A DNA stretch of 63,419 nucleotides, counting the filler, from Octopus bimaculoides (taxonomy: Eukaryota), in the NCBI RefSeq assembly GCF_001194135.2. It is 4 parts of 4 records of this genome, joined end to end, with 100 filler letters (N's around TTAATTAATTAA, not from the genome) between each part and the next. Parts side by side here need not be neighbours in the genome. Positions count along the whole stretch, not along the records: positions 1 to 24,706 come from NC_068984.1; positions 24,807 to 46,933 come from NC_068981.1; 2 more parts are not named here. One strand, given 5' to 3'. Of the stretch, positions 22,101-34,814 are shown one piece after another. Positions within the stretch are counted from its first letter, which is position 1. Every line of letters begins with the position of its first letter. A model generated the notes under the pieces. It was not told where the DNA came from. It ran no database searches and worked only from the letters and a program-made list of their open reading frames with translations. The translations under genes were made by a program, and so were the position numbers.

Positions 22101-22645
22101 GTCGAAATCAAATCCAAAATCAAACCAAATTCGACGACTGGCACCCATGCCAACCTTCCTTCATTGGACACTAAACTCTGCTTGCGAAGACCTGTTGGGG
22201 AAAGTGAAATCGAAATTGAACCAAATTCGATGATTGGCACCTGTGCTAGTGGAGCACTAAAAGCTCAATCTGACAGGATCACTGCCAGAGAAGCTGTGTG
22301 GCTTCTGTGCTGGTGGCACGTAAATAGCACCATTTGAGTGTGATCTTTACCAGTGTCACCTTACTGGCGCTTGAACAGAACAGTCGAGCAAGGTCATTGC
22401 CAGTGCCGCTGGACTGACTCCTATGCAGGTGGCATGTAAAAAACACCATTTGAGTGTGGCCGTTACCAGTACTGCCAGACTGGCCCTCATGCCGGTGGCA
22501 CGTAAAAGCACCCACTACACTCTCGGAATGGTTGGTGTTAGGAAGGGCATCAAGCTCCAGAAACTCTACCAGATCGGATTGGAGCCTGGTGCAGACATCT
22601 GGTTCGCCAGTCCTTAGTCTAATCGTCCAACCCTTGCCAGCATGG
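19108..22645 (+). mobile_element. Near full-length decayed RTE LINE (EN, RT, 3'UTR)
   Basis: EN pieces at 19340-20000 (DDFNRHFG, LLEFCDANDL, SQIDYIL). RT ORF 21039-21884 (GVHQGSVLSPLIF, FYADDLALIA, VNLAKTKVL, FCYLGD). 3'UTR runs to ~22645. Confidence 0.95.
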
Positions 22646-22647
22646 AT

Positions 22648-22779
22648 GAATAATAATAATAATAATAATAACATCGAAAAATATCTTGGGAATGAGAACT
22701 CAGGTTCGAAATTTCCCCAAGACACCTGATGAAGGTCAGAGGGTATATCAGCCGAAATGTTGTGTTAACAACAAACAAA
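22648..22779 (+). mobile_element. SINE family C fragment ((AAT)n plus body), no tRNA head
   Basis: aataataacatcgaaaaatatcttgggaatgagaactcaggttcgaaatttccccaagacacctgatgaagg matches the other two copies. Confidence 0.85.
22721..22766 (+). ncRNA. Minimal type I hammerhead ribozyme motif (degenerate stem II)
   Basis: GACAC-CTGATGA-A-GGTCA(gagggtatat)CAGCC-GAAA-TG-TT-GTGTT. Confidence 0.65.
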
Positions 22780-22784
22780 TATAT

Positions 22785-22957
22785 AAGAAGAGTGTTTATA
22801 ACTATGAATAAATCACAATTATAATGGAGAGTGTTGCAAAAACCTTTACATGTTTAGAAATAGCAGTCAAAAACGACAATAAAGCCACTATATTCACTCA
22901 TATTATACCTCCTCAGAATAAAACTGTGATTTATTCATAATTATAAACACTCTTCTT
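22785..22957. mobile_element. Small MITE-like element with 33-bp terminal inverted repeats
   Basis: aagaagagtgtttataactatgaataaatcaca (22785-22817) versus tgtgatttattcataattataaacactcttctt (22925-22957): 1 mismatch. Confidence 0.75.
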
Positions 22958-23180
22958 TTATGTAATTTATGATTACATGTTTGGTCATTGATATATGCAT
23001 AAATAATTATTAATTGCTTATGACATATCCTTCGTAATGTACTATTACATTCCTTTTACATATACATATACATATTAAAAAAAACCATTGCATGAAGTAG
23101 ATATGATGCATTTATAAACATATGGTGTGTGTATAAGTGTATGCGAATATGTAAGTATGAGTATTCATAGGTATACTCAC

Positions 23181-23267
23181 TAAGATTTCTGGGCTTCTTT
23201 TAATGATTTATTCTTCTCTTCTAATGCAGCAATTTCCTTTTGGAGGGATTTCTTTGATTCTGAAATT
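23181..23267 (-). CDS. Internal exon of unidentified coiled-coil protein (phase 2 to 2): ISESKKSLQKEIAALEEKNKSLKEAQKS
   Basis: Acceptor gtatttgcttttag|, donor |gtgagt, 87 nt open, heptad-like E/K/L-rich sequence. Confidence 0.7.
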
Positions 23268-23697
23268 CTAAAAGCAAATACAATTAAGAACAAAAAAAAA
23301 AAAAAGAAAAAATGCATAAGCAAGTAATTTCTTTTAAACTTTTAAAGGAGACATGGTGGTTATTAAGATATGGCACTAACTTATGATTGAAGAATTACAA
23401 GTTCATACAATATAACATTTGGTTTATTCTGGTTTCAAATGCATTACAATTGTTATATTATGGAGAGGCCTGCACTCTAATAGAAGATGGAGATCACTCA
23501 ACTATATTAATGCTGTTAGCATAGACGCACATGAAACTGAGGGCCTACCAAAGTTAATGGTATAATGCCAATAGAGTTAGGCAATCTATTACATAATAGA
23601 CCCTACTGGCATCATATCATACCTTTATTATATTTTATTACATTGGATTATATTTTGGTGCCTTATCATACCCATCAATTCTTATTTTATACCTGTA

Positions 23698-24362
23698 CTA
23701 GCAGAGATACGCAGCATTACTCGAGATTAAAATGGCATAGTTTGTATATATATTACAGTTATGGTGAAGTAGGTGATACAGGAAAGTGCAGCATTGACGA
23801 CAAATCATTTTTGGAGTAAAATGGTGGGCTAATTTGACTAAGTGACATGTCGTGCATCTGTTTGGAGGATTCCAGACCCTGTCATAGAAAATTGGGGGTG
23901 AGAAGTGTGTGATTTTTGAACGCACCAAAAAGTTGTCAGTGGATATACTCTCCTTTGCGGTGGTCGGTGCTGCGTCTAACACGACCCATCATCTGAAGTT
24001 TTGATAGCTCCTTTGGGTTTGTTATCCCATATCACTCAAAGTAAATTTGGAGGAACTTTGGTTGTTCATTTGTGAGTAACAGGGAACCAATGAGGCAATA
24101 GACTTGCCCTAGAAGTTTGAATATCAGCATAAATCCGTGTTCAACTATCTCCTTAGATCAACCAAACAATGTCATTTGAAATGCAGAGTTGTATTGTCTG
24201 ATACTGTTCAGAAAATCCTTTGACTGGATGGAAGTGCCTCCCAGAAGATCGATAACAGCTTGAGGAGGAGCTGGTAGTGCTGACAATCTTACCTTACTGT
24301 CTGAGCAGTACATGCCAATAGTTTCATTTGGAAATTTTAAAGCTTTGCAGAAATGATAATTT
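23698..24362 (-). mobile_element. Helitron remnant (Rep N-terminal fragment plus 3' CTAG terminus)
   Basis: Minus translation CKALKFPNETIGM.CSDSKVRL..LPAPP...LL.G....KDFLNSIRQYNSAFQMT.FG...GF..IFK..GQVY..IGSLL....PKFLQIYF. Ends ...tatctctgCTAG|T at 23698-23701. Confidence 0.85.
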
Positions 24363-24706
24363 GAGTGGACAGAATTATCATTTTTAACTGCTACAAAGGT
24401 AAAGGTGACGCTTTAGATACAAATAATTACAGAGGCATCAAGCTGTTAGATCAGGTTATGAAAGTTACAGAGAGGGTCATAGCCCAACTAATTAGGGAGC
24501 AAATCAATTTAGATGAGATGCAGTTTGGGTTCGTGCCAGGTAAAAGCACTACTGATGCCTTATTTCTAGTGAGACAGTTGCAGGAGAAATACCTAGCTAA
24601 GGATAAACCTCTGTACCTGGCTTTCGTTGACATGGAGAAAGCCTTTGACAGGGTCCCCCGATCCCTTATCTGGTGGTCAATGAGGAAACTTGGGATAGAA
24701 GAATGG
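24363..24706 (+). mobile_element. RTE RT fragment running into a gap
   Basis: ORF 24365-24754: CYKGKGDALDTNNYRGIKLLDQVMKVTERV...QFGFVPGKSTTDA...FVDMEKAFDRVP. Confidence 0.95.
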
Positions 24707-24806
24707 NNNNNNNNNNNNNNNNNNNNNNNNNNNNNNNNNNNNNNNNNNNNTTAATTAATTAANNNNNNNNNNNNNNNNNNNNNNNNNNNNNNNNNNNNNN
24801 NNNNNN
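24707..24806. other. Artificial scaffold linker (44 N + TTAATTAATTAA + 44 N)
   Basis: An identical 100-bp construct recurs around 46978-46989 and 62008-62019; the 12-mer puts stops in all six frames. Confidence 0.95.
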
Positions 24807-24863
<57 letters not shown>

Positions 24864-25331
24864 CACGCACAATAACACACAATAAGACACACGGATACAC
24901 CACACACTCAGTGTAATATTAGTCAATGCATTAATAGTTGTGATAACAGTACATGCATACATACACTTCACATAGCTTTTCTTGCCAGATCAAAGTTTAA
25001 TGGGCCAGTACTACACATACTCTGCTATAGCACTATAGTCTTATGATAACTGAGGAATATTGTGAGGTCAAGGGTGGCATGTCATGTAATCATAACCAGG
25101 TTTTAAATAATAACAAACTAATGTGAAATTCACATATTGACAAACTCCTGGGTACATATTGACTGGAGGAATATTATCATCATTATATCTTCACTATATA
25201 CACTTGCAGGAATGTACATGATGTGTGTGCATGTGTGCGTGTGTATGTGTGAATACAAATATTCAGACATATGTAGATATGCATGTCGCATGTGTGTGCA
25301 TGAGTATGTGTGTGTATATGTACATATATAT

Positions 25332-25365
<34 letters not shown>

Positions 25366-27640
25366 NNNNNNNNNNNNNNNNNNNNNNNNNNNNNNNNNNN
25401 NNNNNNNNNNNNNNNNNNNNNNNNNNNNNNNNNNNNNNNNNNNNNNNNNNNNNNNNNNNNNNNNNNNNNNNNNNNNNNNNNNNNNNNNNNNNNNNNNNNN
25501 NNNNNNNNNNNNNNNNNNNNNNNNNNNNNNNNNNNNNNNNNNNNNNNNNNNNNNNNNNNNNNNNNNNNNNNNNNNNNNNNNNNNNNNNNNNNNNNNNNNN
25601 NNNNNNNNNNNNNNNNNNNNNNNNNNNNNNNNNNNNNNNNNNNNNNNNNNNNNNNNNNNNNNNNNNNNNNNNNNNNNNNNNNNNNNNNNNNNNNNNNNNN
25701 NNNNNNNNNNNNNNNNNNNNNNNNNNNNNNNNNNNNNNNNNNNNNNNNNNNNNNNNNNNNNNNNNNNNNNNNNNNNNNNNNNNNNNNNNNNNNNNNNNNN
25801 NNNNTTATGATATATAACAAATTAAGTGTAACAGATTTTATGTTTGCATGAAAATCGGATATTAAAATAACTATAGAATATGTATAAAGAGCATGTGTAT
25901 ATGCATGTGTGTGTACATGTATGTTTTTGTATTTGTGTATGTGTGCATTTATAACCACTATTAAAAAGAACACTGATACAACCGCACATATAGTCATACA
26001 CACACATATATACACACCCACATATACTTACACACATACTCCTACACACAAACATACACAATTTAAAATGTGTATGTCTAACATCATGTGTTTGTCTTGA
26101 TTGTGCACCTGAGTGTTTGTGTACATGCACATGTATGTTTGTATATCTATATGTGTATACCCATATAGCTATATATAACAATGTGTATGCATGTGTATGT
26201 GTGAAGTTAAATATCTGATGTATTTACAGTTCCAATGAATGATAACTGAAATGTGGTAAAGACGATATTTGAACATGGCGATATTGAAAACAGCTTTAAT
26301 TGAAGTAAGCCATTTAATTTTGAAATGAAAATCAGACAGTTTAAACGTTACATCCTGCATACTGATTCTCTATGGTTACATTCTTGAATCAGCAGCAATT
26401 ATCTTTGGTACTATATAGAGAGATGGTTGCCAGTTTGGTAATAAAATCTTTTATGCCTCCCGAATGATTTAGAAGAGATAGCGATAGAAGTGCGGACAAT
26501 CTTGCTTTCGCTAAATCAGTGGTGGGATGGAAGGTACTTTGTTACATGTTCAAGACCCATTAAGGAAATCTGGGTTTATTTTGAGATTGTTCGTTAGTTT
26601 TTTTTTTTTTATTATTATTTTTATTATTATTTGTGTGTTTAGAAATTCTTTTAAAAATAAGATCTTTATTATTATTTTGAATTAGAATTTAAATTTTAAA
26701 CCTTATAAATATACATCGAGGAGAAATGACATTGTGAAATTGCAAAAGTTATTACTTTAACACATACAGACATGGGTGCAGGTATGTTTGTGTTATCAAG
26801 ATATGTGCTATGTAATCAGGATGCCGTTTGGTTCTGAGTTTAATTTCATTCTATGAAACTTTAAGTAAATCTCTTCTTCCATAGCATTACATAATCACAC
26901 CCTTGTGTATCAAATTATCTATCTATCTATATNNNNNNNNNNNNNNNNNNNNNNNNNNNNNNNNNNNNNNNNNNNNNNNNNNNNNNNNNNNNNNNNNNNN
27001 NNNNNNNNNNNNNNNNNNNNNNNNNNNNNNNNNNNNNNNNNNNNNNNNNNNNNNNNNNNNNNNNNNNNNNNNNNNNNNNNNNNNNNNNNNNNNNNNNNNN
27101 NNNNNNNNNNNNNNNNNNNNNNNNNNNNNNNNNNNNNNNNNNNNNNNNNNNNNNNNNNNNNNNNNNNNNNNNNNNNNNNNNNNNNNNNNNNNNNNNNNNN
27201 NNNNNNNNNNNNNNNNNNNNNNNNNNNNNNNNNNNNNNNNNNNNNNNNNNNNNNNNNNNNNNNNNNNNNNNNNNNNNNNNNNNNNNNNNNNNNNNNNNNN
27301 NNNNNNNNNNNNNNNNNNNNNNNNNNNNNNNNNNNNNNNNNNNNNNNNNNNNNNNNNNNNNNNNNNNNNNNNNNNNNNNNNNNNNNNNNNNNNNNNNNNN
27401 NNNNNNNNNNNNNNNNNNNNNNNNNNNNNNNNNNNNNNNNNNNNNNNNNNNNNNNNNNNNNNNNNNNNNNNNNNNNNNNNNNNNNNNNNNNNNNNNNNNN
27501 NNNNNNNNNNNNNNNNNNNNNNNNNNNNNNNNNNNNNNNNNNNNNNNNNNNNNNNNNNNNNNNNNNNNTATATATGTATATAAAATGCATACATAAATAC
27601 ATACATGCATGCATATGGATATATATGTATATATATAGAT

Positions 27641-27679
<39 letters not shown>

Positions 27680-27934
27680 AAGTCCTGCACACCTGGAGCA
27701 CTACTACATTGCAAGGAAACAATTGTAGTGATTTAAAAAGTAAATGTCCAGCTTCTTGCTGACTCCAATCTTTTCAATTATACACGCACACACCCACACA
27801 CACATACACAAACACACACACACATACACAAACACACACACAAACACACTTAAATGTATATAGTTTTTAATACACACTGAATCATGGGATAATTGAAAAG
27901 ACAGACTAAGAAAAACAGACCAGGGACATTCTTA

Positions 27935-28230
27935 GTATCATCATCATCACCATTTAATGTCCATTGTCCATGCAGGCATGGTTTGGACGGTTTGTCTGGG
28001 TTGGCACACTGGAAGGCTACACTAGGCTCCAGTCTGATTTGGCATGGTTTTCTATGGCTGGATGCCCTTCCTAACACCAACCACTCTAAGAATGTAATGG
28101 GTGCTTTTACATGTCACCAACACGGATGCCATTTGAGTGATACTGGGGTGTATTTATGTGCCACCGCCACAGGTGCCAATTTGCGTGGCACCAGTATCTG
28201 TCATGACTGTGATTTTGCTCGGCTGGAAAT
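27935..28230 (-). mobile_element. RTE 3'UTR fragment
   Basis: (CAT)n tail, ...ctggatgcccttcctaacaccaaccactc... Confidence 0.8.
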
Positions 28231-28309
28231 AATATAGTAATACCAGTCTGCATTTTAATTGGTTGAAATATCTTGGCTCACTTTGTAGAACCCTCAACTT
28301 AAGTATTTG

Positions 28310-28487
28310 ATTTTCAAGGCTGTGTGGTAAGAAGTCTGCTTTCCAACCCCATGGTTCTGTGTTCAGTCCGACTGCATGGCACTTTGGGCAAGTGTCTTCT
28401 TCTACTATATCTTCAGGCTGACCAAAATTTTGTGAGTGGATTTGTAGATGGAAACTGAAAGAAGCCTGATACATGTGTGTGTGTTTG

Positions 28488-28519
<32 letters not shown>

Positions 28520-28870
28520 ATGTGTGCATGTGTGTGTGTATGTGTGTATGAGTGTGTGCGCACGTGTGCATGTGTATGTATGTGTGTGAGTGTGTGTGTG
28601 TGCATGTGCATGCGTATGTGTGCATGTGTGTGTGTGTGTGTCTTTGTGCATGTGTTTGTCCTCCACCACCACTTGACAACTGGTATTGGTGTACTTAAGT
28701 CCTCGTAGCTTAATGATTTGGTTAAAGAGACCAATGGAATAAGTGTATCAGGCTTTACAAAATAATAATAATTCCTGGTTTTGATTCATTCAATTAAAAT
28801 TCTTCAAAGCAGTGCATCAGCATATCTGCAGTTTAATAACTGAAGCAAGCAAAATATGGAAGATAAAAAG
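28310..28870 (+). mobile_element. SINE family A with expanded (TG/TGCA) microsatellite
   Basis: ggctgtgtggtaagaag...catggcactttgggcaagtgtcttct...tgtgagtggatttg. Confidence 0.8.
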
Positions 28871-29359
28871 ATAGTAGGCTCCAGGGTAATGTTCTTTAAC
28901 CTAGTTAAAGTCAGTACCAAAGCACTCAATGTTGCTATCTAATACATTGCCGAGTTTAACACCAAAACTTAACATGTGACATTAGTAACACCTACTCAGT
29001 TGCAAATATTTGGTTTGTCTCTCGTCTGAGGATACCCTCCTCCCTCCTCCACCAATATTGGGGTCCCTAGAAAACACCATGAATGCTGTATTTTTTCTTT
29101 TGAATAAAATATGTAAAATTAAAACTATACACATGTTTGAAAATGTCTGCTTCTATCACACCGACTCTTAATGAACATCGTGAGAAGTCAGCTCAACAAT
29201 ATGGTTTCTTTTTGTTCTTGTTTATTGTCTAATTGTTTAAAAACAAATTATAATTCAATAAAGACAATGTTTTTATGGTGAATACACTGAACTGAAATTT
29301 TGTGATTTTTAAGTTAAAGTCATGTTGACCATAATTTTATTCATGAAGCTAGTATGCTT

Positions 29360-30597
29360 CACTTGATGTGTAATGTCAGTGTACATGTATGTCAGTGTGC
29401 ATGTGTGTCAGAGAGTAAGCATTTTAAGAGAAAAATTAGGTATAAGACTCATCAGAAGTGGTGTGCAAGAGGGAAGACTGCACTGGTATGGTCATGTGAT
29501 GAATATGGATGACAGCTGAATAAAAATGTGCAAGTTTCTAACTGTGGAGGGAACCTGCAAAAGACGTAGATACAGGCAGACATGGGATGTGGTGGTGAAG
29601 CATAATCTTCAGAAGTTGGGTTTCACAGACATGATGACAACTGATCAAGGCCTTTGGCAGTTTGCTGTGCTTGTGAAGACTCATGAAGTGACATCACAGT
29701 TGTGGCTGGTGATGATGACATGTAAAAGCAGTTGTGCCACTAATACATAAAAGAACCTGTTATGGCGATACATAAAAGCACCTGTTACGGTGACACAGAA
29801 GCACCTGTGCCAGTGACGCATAAAAACACCTGTGCCAGTGACACGTAAATTCCCAATTGTAGGATCCCTTTTCCCTTACTTCCTCCTAAGACAGGGAGTT
29901 CATAAAAGGTTCATGACAGCTCCTTTTCATCTTCTCATTAAGCAATTAAAAACATACAAGACACACACATGGGGAAAGTAATTCTATTTGTTTCAGTTTT
30001 TTGTATGTATAACTGCTTGATAGTAATACATCTGCATTAGACTAGCCACCTCTACAGGAGTAAATTAGTTTCTCATTTGCTTAATTGACATTTATGCATG
30101 GGGGAAGAGTAATTGAAATATCTGCACCTATATACAAAGTAAAAACTGAGTAAAAACCAACAAGCACATCAGTAATGATACTTTTAAAAATATAACAACA
30201 GCAACAACCACAAAAATTATATATATATGATCGTTGCCAGCATCGCCTTACCGGCACATGCGCCAGTGGCACATGAAAATCAAGATTTAAGCGTGGTCAT
30301 TGCCAGTGCCACCGGACTGGCTCCTGTGCAGGTAGCACGTAAAACACCTTTTGAGTGTGAGTGTGGTTGTTGCCAGAACCGCCTGACTGGCCCTCGTGCC
30401 GGTGGTACATAAAAAGCACGCACTACACTCTTGGAGTGGTTGGTGTTAGGAAGGGCATCCAGCTATAGAAACTTTGCCAGACCAGATTGAGGCTGGTACA
30501 GCCTCTGACTCACCAGTCTTCAGTCAAATCGTCCAACCCATGCCAGCCAGGAAAGCAGACATTAAACGATGATGATGATGATGATGATGATGATGAT
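29360..30597 (+). mobile_element. RTE 3' ORF end and 3'UTR pieces ending in (GAT)n
   Basis: RLHWYGHVM-like segment at ~29470-29500; 3'UTR 30228-30597 with (GAT)n tail. Confidence 0.75.
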
Positions 30598-30950
30598 ATA
30601 TAAGCTTGTGCATTTTCCATTTGTCTGTGCATTTACTATGTCATTCTGTGTCATTTTGTGTCTGTTTTTGTTTGTGCATTTACTATACATTCTTAACTTA
30701 TATATATATATATATATATATATNNNNNNNNNNNNNNNNNNNNNNNNNNNNNNNNNNNNNNNNNNNNNNNNNNNNNNNNNNNNNNNNNNNNNNNNNNNNN
30801 NNNNNNNNNNNNNNNNNNNNNNNNNNNNNNNNNNNNNNNNNNNNNNNNNNNNNNNNNNNNNNNNNNNNNNNNNNNNNNNNNNNNNNNNNNNNNNNNNNNN
30901 NNNNNNNNNNNNNNNNNNNNNNNNNNNNNNNNNNNNNNNNNNNNNNNNNN

Positions 30951-31085
30951 TCATCATCATCATCGTTTAACGTCCGCTTTCCATGCTAGCATGGGTTGGA
31001 CGATTTGACTGAGGACTGGTGAAACCGGATGGCAACACCAGGCTCCAGTCTGATTTGGCAGAGTTTCTACAGCTGGATGCCCTGA
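30951..31085 (-). mobile_element. RTE 3' terminal fragment
   Basis: catcatcgtttaacgtccgctttccatgctagcatgggttggacg. Confidence 0.85.
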
Positions 31086-31214
31086 AGTGTGACGAAAGAA
31101 CTCTGGCCGAAATAAGATTAAGATTAATGTAATATAAAGCTGAAGCAAATTAACACCAAATATACAGTGCATGTGTTTTTATTGGCTAAACTGGCAATAT
31201 GACCATCCCCAAGT

Positions 31215-31247
<33 letters not shown>

Positions 31248-31914
31248 CACTCACACACATACACATATACATATACACATATATATATGTTTCATTAAAT
31301 ATATGATTATGTTCAAATTTTACCTTTATATATTAGATTTTGTATATTTTGTATTAGTTTTTTCTTTTTTACCTGTGAATTGAGGAACTCTATTGTTCCA
31401 AGCCAGCAATAAAAAAACTAATAAGAAAGTATGAAAAATCTTGTTATAATTAGGGATGGTCATTTTCTTCTTTCTTGTTTTTTGACTTGTCAAATAAGCA
31501 CATGCTCTATATATTTGTTCTTCACTCATTTATTATTGTTTTTATTTTATCTTGTGTTCATTGTCTGGAAATCTTTTGTCACATCTGTGACCTCTTCAGT
31601 GACTCTTCCATCCATGTGTATACCCTTGTTCTGTTTAGTCCATTCGCTGAGAATGGACTAAACAGAACAAGAGGGTATGTGATGAAAAATTTCTAGACAA
31701 TAGACATAAGATAATATAAGAACACTAATAAACAAGTGAAGAATGAATATGTAGAGCAGGAATTTATTTGGATAGAAAAGAAAAATTACCATCTCAAAAT
31801 ATAACAATATCTATTTTAATATATGATTTCACATCAGGAATTTTTCAAAACAAATTCATAAAATATGAAAAATCTAAAATAAAAAGATAAAACTCAAACA
31901 TAGTCATATTTTTA

Positions 31915-32105
31915 ATGGCTGTGTGGTAAGTAGCTTGCTTACCAACCACATGGTTTCGTGTTCAGTCCCACTGTGTGGCAACTTGGGCAGGTGTCTTCTA
32001 CTATAACCTCGGGCTGACCAAACCTTTGTGAGTGGATTTGGTAGACGGAAACTGAAAGAAGCCCGTCGTATATATGTATATATANNNNNNNNNNNNNNNN
32101 NNNNN

Positions 32106-32172
<67 letters not shown>

Positions 32173-32400
32173 ATGTTTGTGTGTCTGTGTTTGTCCCCCC
32201 AGCATCGCTTGACAATCGATGTTGATGTGTTTACGTCCCCGTAACCTAGCAGTTCGGCAAAATAGACCAATAGAATAAGTACTAAGCTTACAAAGAATAA
32301 GTCCTGGGGTCGATTTGCTCGACTAAAGGCGGTGCTCCAGCATGGCCGCAGTCAAATGACTGAAACAAGTAAAAGAGTAAAGAATAAAGAGTAAAAGAAA
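31915..32400 (+). mobile_element. SINE family A, near full length
   Basis: tRNA-like head ggctgtgtggtaag...gttcagtccc, internal (TA)n, tail gaaacaagtaaaagagtaaagaat. Confidence 0.9.
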
Positions 32401-32756
32401 AACTGCTTCTACAACAAGAAACCTGCTCTTCCCCCTTTTCTCATACTTTAATCCTTCATTTCCAAGCATAAATCCCACACCACCACCACCACCACCACCA
32501 CTACCAAGACACCTTCCAGTTATTAGTCTTACTAGCTGCTTGCCGACCTTCCTAGTGCTGGTCACACTTTAAAAACACTCAGTATATGCTGTGAAATGGT
32601 TGGCATTTTGAGGGGCATCTGGCTGTAGAAACCATTCTAAAGTAGACACTGGAGCAGGATACAGTCATTGGACTCATCAAATCTTGTTGAACAGTTCAAA
32701 CTAAGCGAGCATGGAACATAAACATTAATTAAGTAAATGATGATGATGATATATAA

Positions 32757-32803
<47 letters not shown>

Positions 32804-33839
32804 CTGTAATAGCCGCAAAAAAACATTAACATTGATGCCAAGAGTAACATGAACATCAATATCAACCACAATGACTGTATTAACATCAGCAATAGCAATA
32901 TGAAAACAATAACCATAGTAACGACACGAACGACAATAACATCAACATTAACAAAAAAAAAAATCAACAACAACAACAACAGCTTCAGCCCACAACATCA
33001 AGCACAACAACAATAGTAGCATCAATCACAAAAACCTCATCAGTGGCTACATCAGCAACATTAACCACATCAATTTCTCCTTTAATGTTTATATTTAGCA
33101 AGAGAAGAGGTAATTAATGTTGTCAATGTGAAATATAGTCTAAATGTAAAGCAGGTTCAATCCCCACCCACGTCACTGGTTCATCTTTTTTTTAAATCAA
33201 TAAAGCAATATCTTCTAAGACAGATTTAGAGTTCTACAAAATATGCAAATCAGGTTCTAATCTGGGTGATTGCTCTTATAATTAAGGGTTGAACCCTGTA
33301 TTGAACTGTTTAAAAAAAATTATTACGGCCATCTTTGTATCACGAATGGAATTTATCTCGAAGCAAAATAATAAGAAACACAAAATTTGGTGTTTTTTTC
33401 TGTTCACTCCTCCACCCACTACACACATACAATCCTATCTCATTAACATAATGGTATTGACAGGAATTACTGGACTAAAGTCATTTGTTTTGTTTTTGTT
33501 TTTCCATAAATATAATTTCAGTAAATTATTTGTTCAATCTTCTTTAGAATTCTAGCCACACAGTTTTTTTCTTATTTGTTTTTTTTTTGTTTTTTGGTCA
33601 ATATTATGGAATAAAACGAAATAATAAGAAATCAAGAAATGTGCTGATGCAGTATAACTGTGCAATACTGTGGTAGCACAACTATGCAATATTGTTGCAG
33701 CGGAACTATGCAATTTAAAATTCATTAATGAATGGAACATTAGATGTGAAAAAAAAAAAAATAAATAAATGAATAAATAAATTACTAAGAAGAAAAAAAA
33801 AATAAATAAATAACAGAAGGAAAAGAATTCGGCAGAGTG

Positions 33840-34060
33840 TAGAATGGCAGGATTAGCAAAGAAGGATTGTTGAAGAAATGTTGGAGTGATTAGTTTAAGA
33901 AGGGAGATTAACGAGTGAAGAGATTCGGCTGAAAATGATTTTAAAGAACAACAAAATAAATTTGAATTAGAGATGGAATAGGGTGTCTTGTTTCCTGAGA
34001 TTGGAACTTTCTTTCTGTGATGGCATTTCTGCAGGAAATTGAATATTCTGTGTTGAAAGC
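33840..34060 (-). mobile_element. CR1/L2-like LINE 3' remnant
   Basis: Degenerate SF.P..S.L.N.LP-type C-terminal segment; similar to 60830-61060. Confidence 0.4.
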
Positions 34061-34814
34061 CACATGCAAATTCTGTAAGAGATTAAATACTGTGTCTTGA
34101 AAACCAGGGACCACTTCTATTTTAAATTTAATTCTAAAACATATGAGACGCTATTGAGTGTTTAGTGTCGCAATAACATCCACCTGTCCATTTTCCTGAT
34201 AGCATTTCTACCATTGTGGGGCTAGGATTTCTTCTTTGTTTTTTTTACCAGTCTTTTCCCCTCATTTCAGTCTTAGGGTTTCTTTTTACATTTGACCACT
34301 CCAGTTTATATCTGTGCAGCTACTGTTTCTCTGTTTTCTTGGACATGGTCATCCTGGTGACACCCATCTCTTCTCTAGCATATGGGTGACATTGGCACTT
34401 CAAGTAGTTTGTCAACCTTTGACAGGATCTGTTTTTTTTAAAATCCTGCTGGGTTCCTAGAAAACCTCTTCTTTGGGCAAGCCTTGTAGGGGGCAGGTTT
34501 AGTTGCCAATCACTTGACCCTGAACAGGTAGAAGTAGTTTTAAATGGCTGTTACTAGAAAGTTACTATCACACACACACACACACATAAATATAAAATGT
34601 TCGTATTTTGCTTCCGTTTATTCATGCTAGCATGCTGGCAGGATTTAGGAGGCTTATATATTATTAAAGCCTTACTTAAAGCCAGATGTCTGCACACTTT
34701 CAAAAGCATGAAGCGGGTAGATTATTTGTTGATAGAAATGACAATAACAATACCACTCATAGCTCATGGCTTACACATTGTGCAAATGTAAACAGATGCA
34801 TAGATGCATGCAAA

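Noticed and set aside
1297-22645. An intact, active RTE element
   Set aside because: Every copy has multiple stops, frameshifts or deletions; the longest open pieces are 281 aa.
24751-24762. Palindromic TTAATTAATTAA islands inside N runs (also 46978-46989 and 62008-62019)
   Set aside because: Identical 44N+12+44N construct three times; a six-frame-stop assembly linker, not biology.
26230-26305. Plus-strand exon-like segment (tttacag|...ATGGCGATATTG...GAA|gtaagc)
   Set aside because: Stops in all frames before the ATG, only 10 codons, and no downstream partner exon identified.
25137-27762. Long ORFs of 200-330 aa in the ORF track (also 36345-37331, 43831-44275)
   Set aside because: They are open only because they run through N gaps and (TA)/(CA)/(GA) microsatellites.
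31379-31423. 45-nt minus-strand micro-exon candidate (...LLLAWNNR...) as the TRPM MHR4 LF.WAVL.NR motif
   Set aside because: Similarity is too weak, the required phase does not match the upstream tentative exon, and no flanking MHR4 exons were found.
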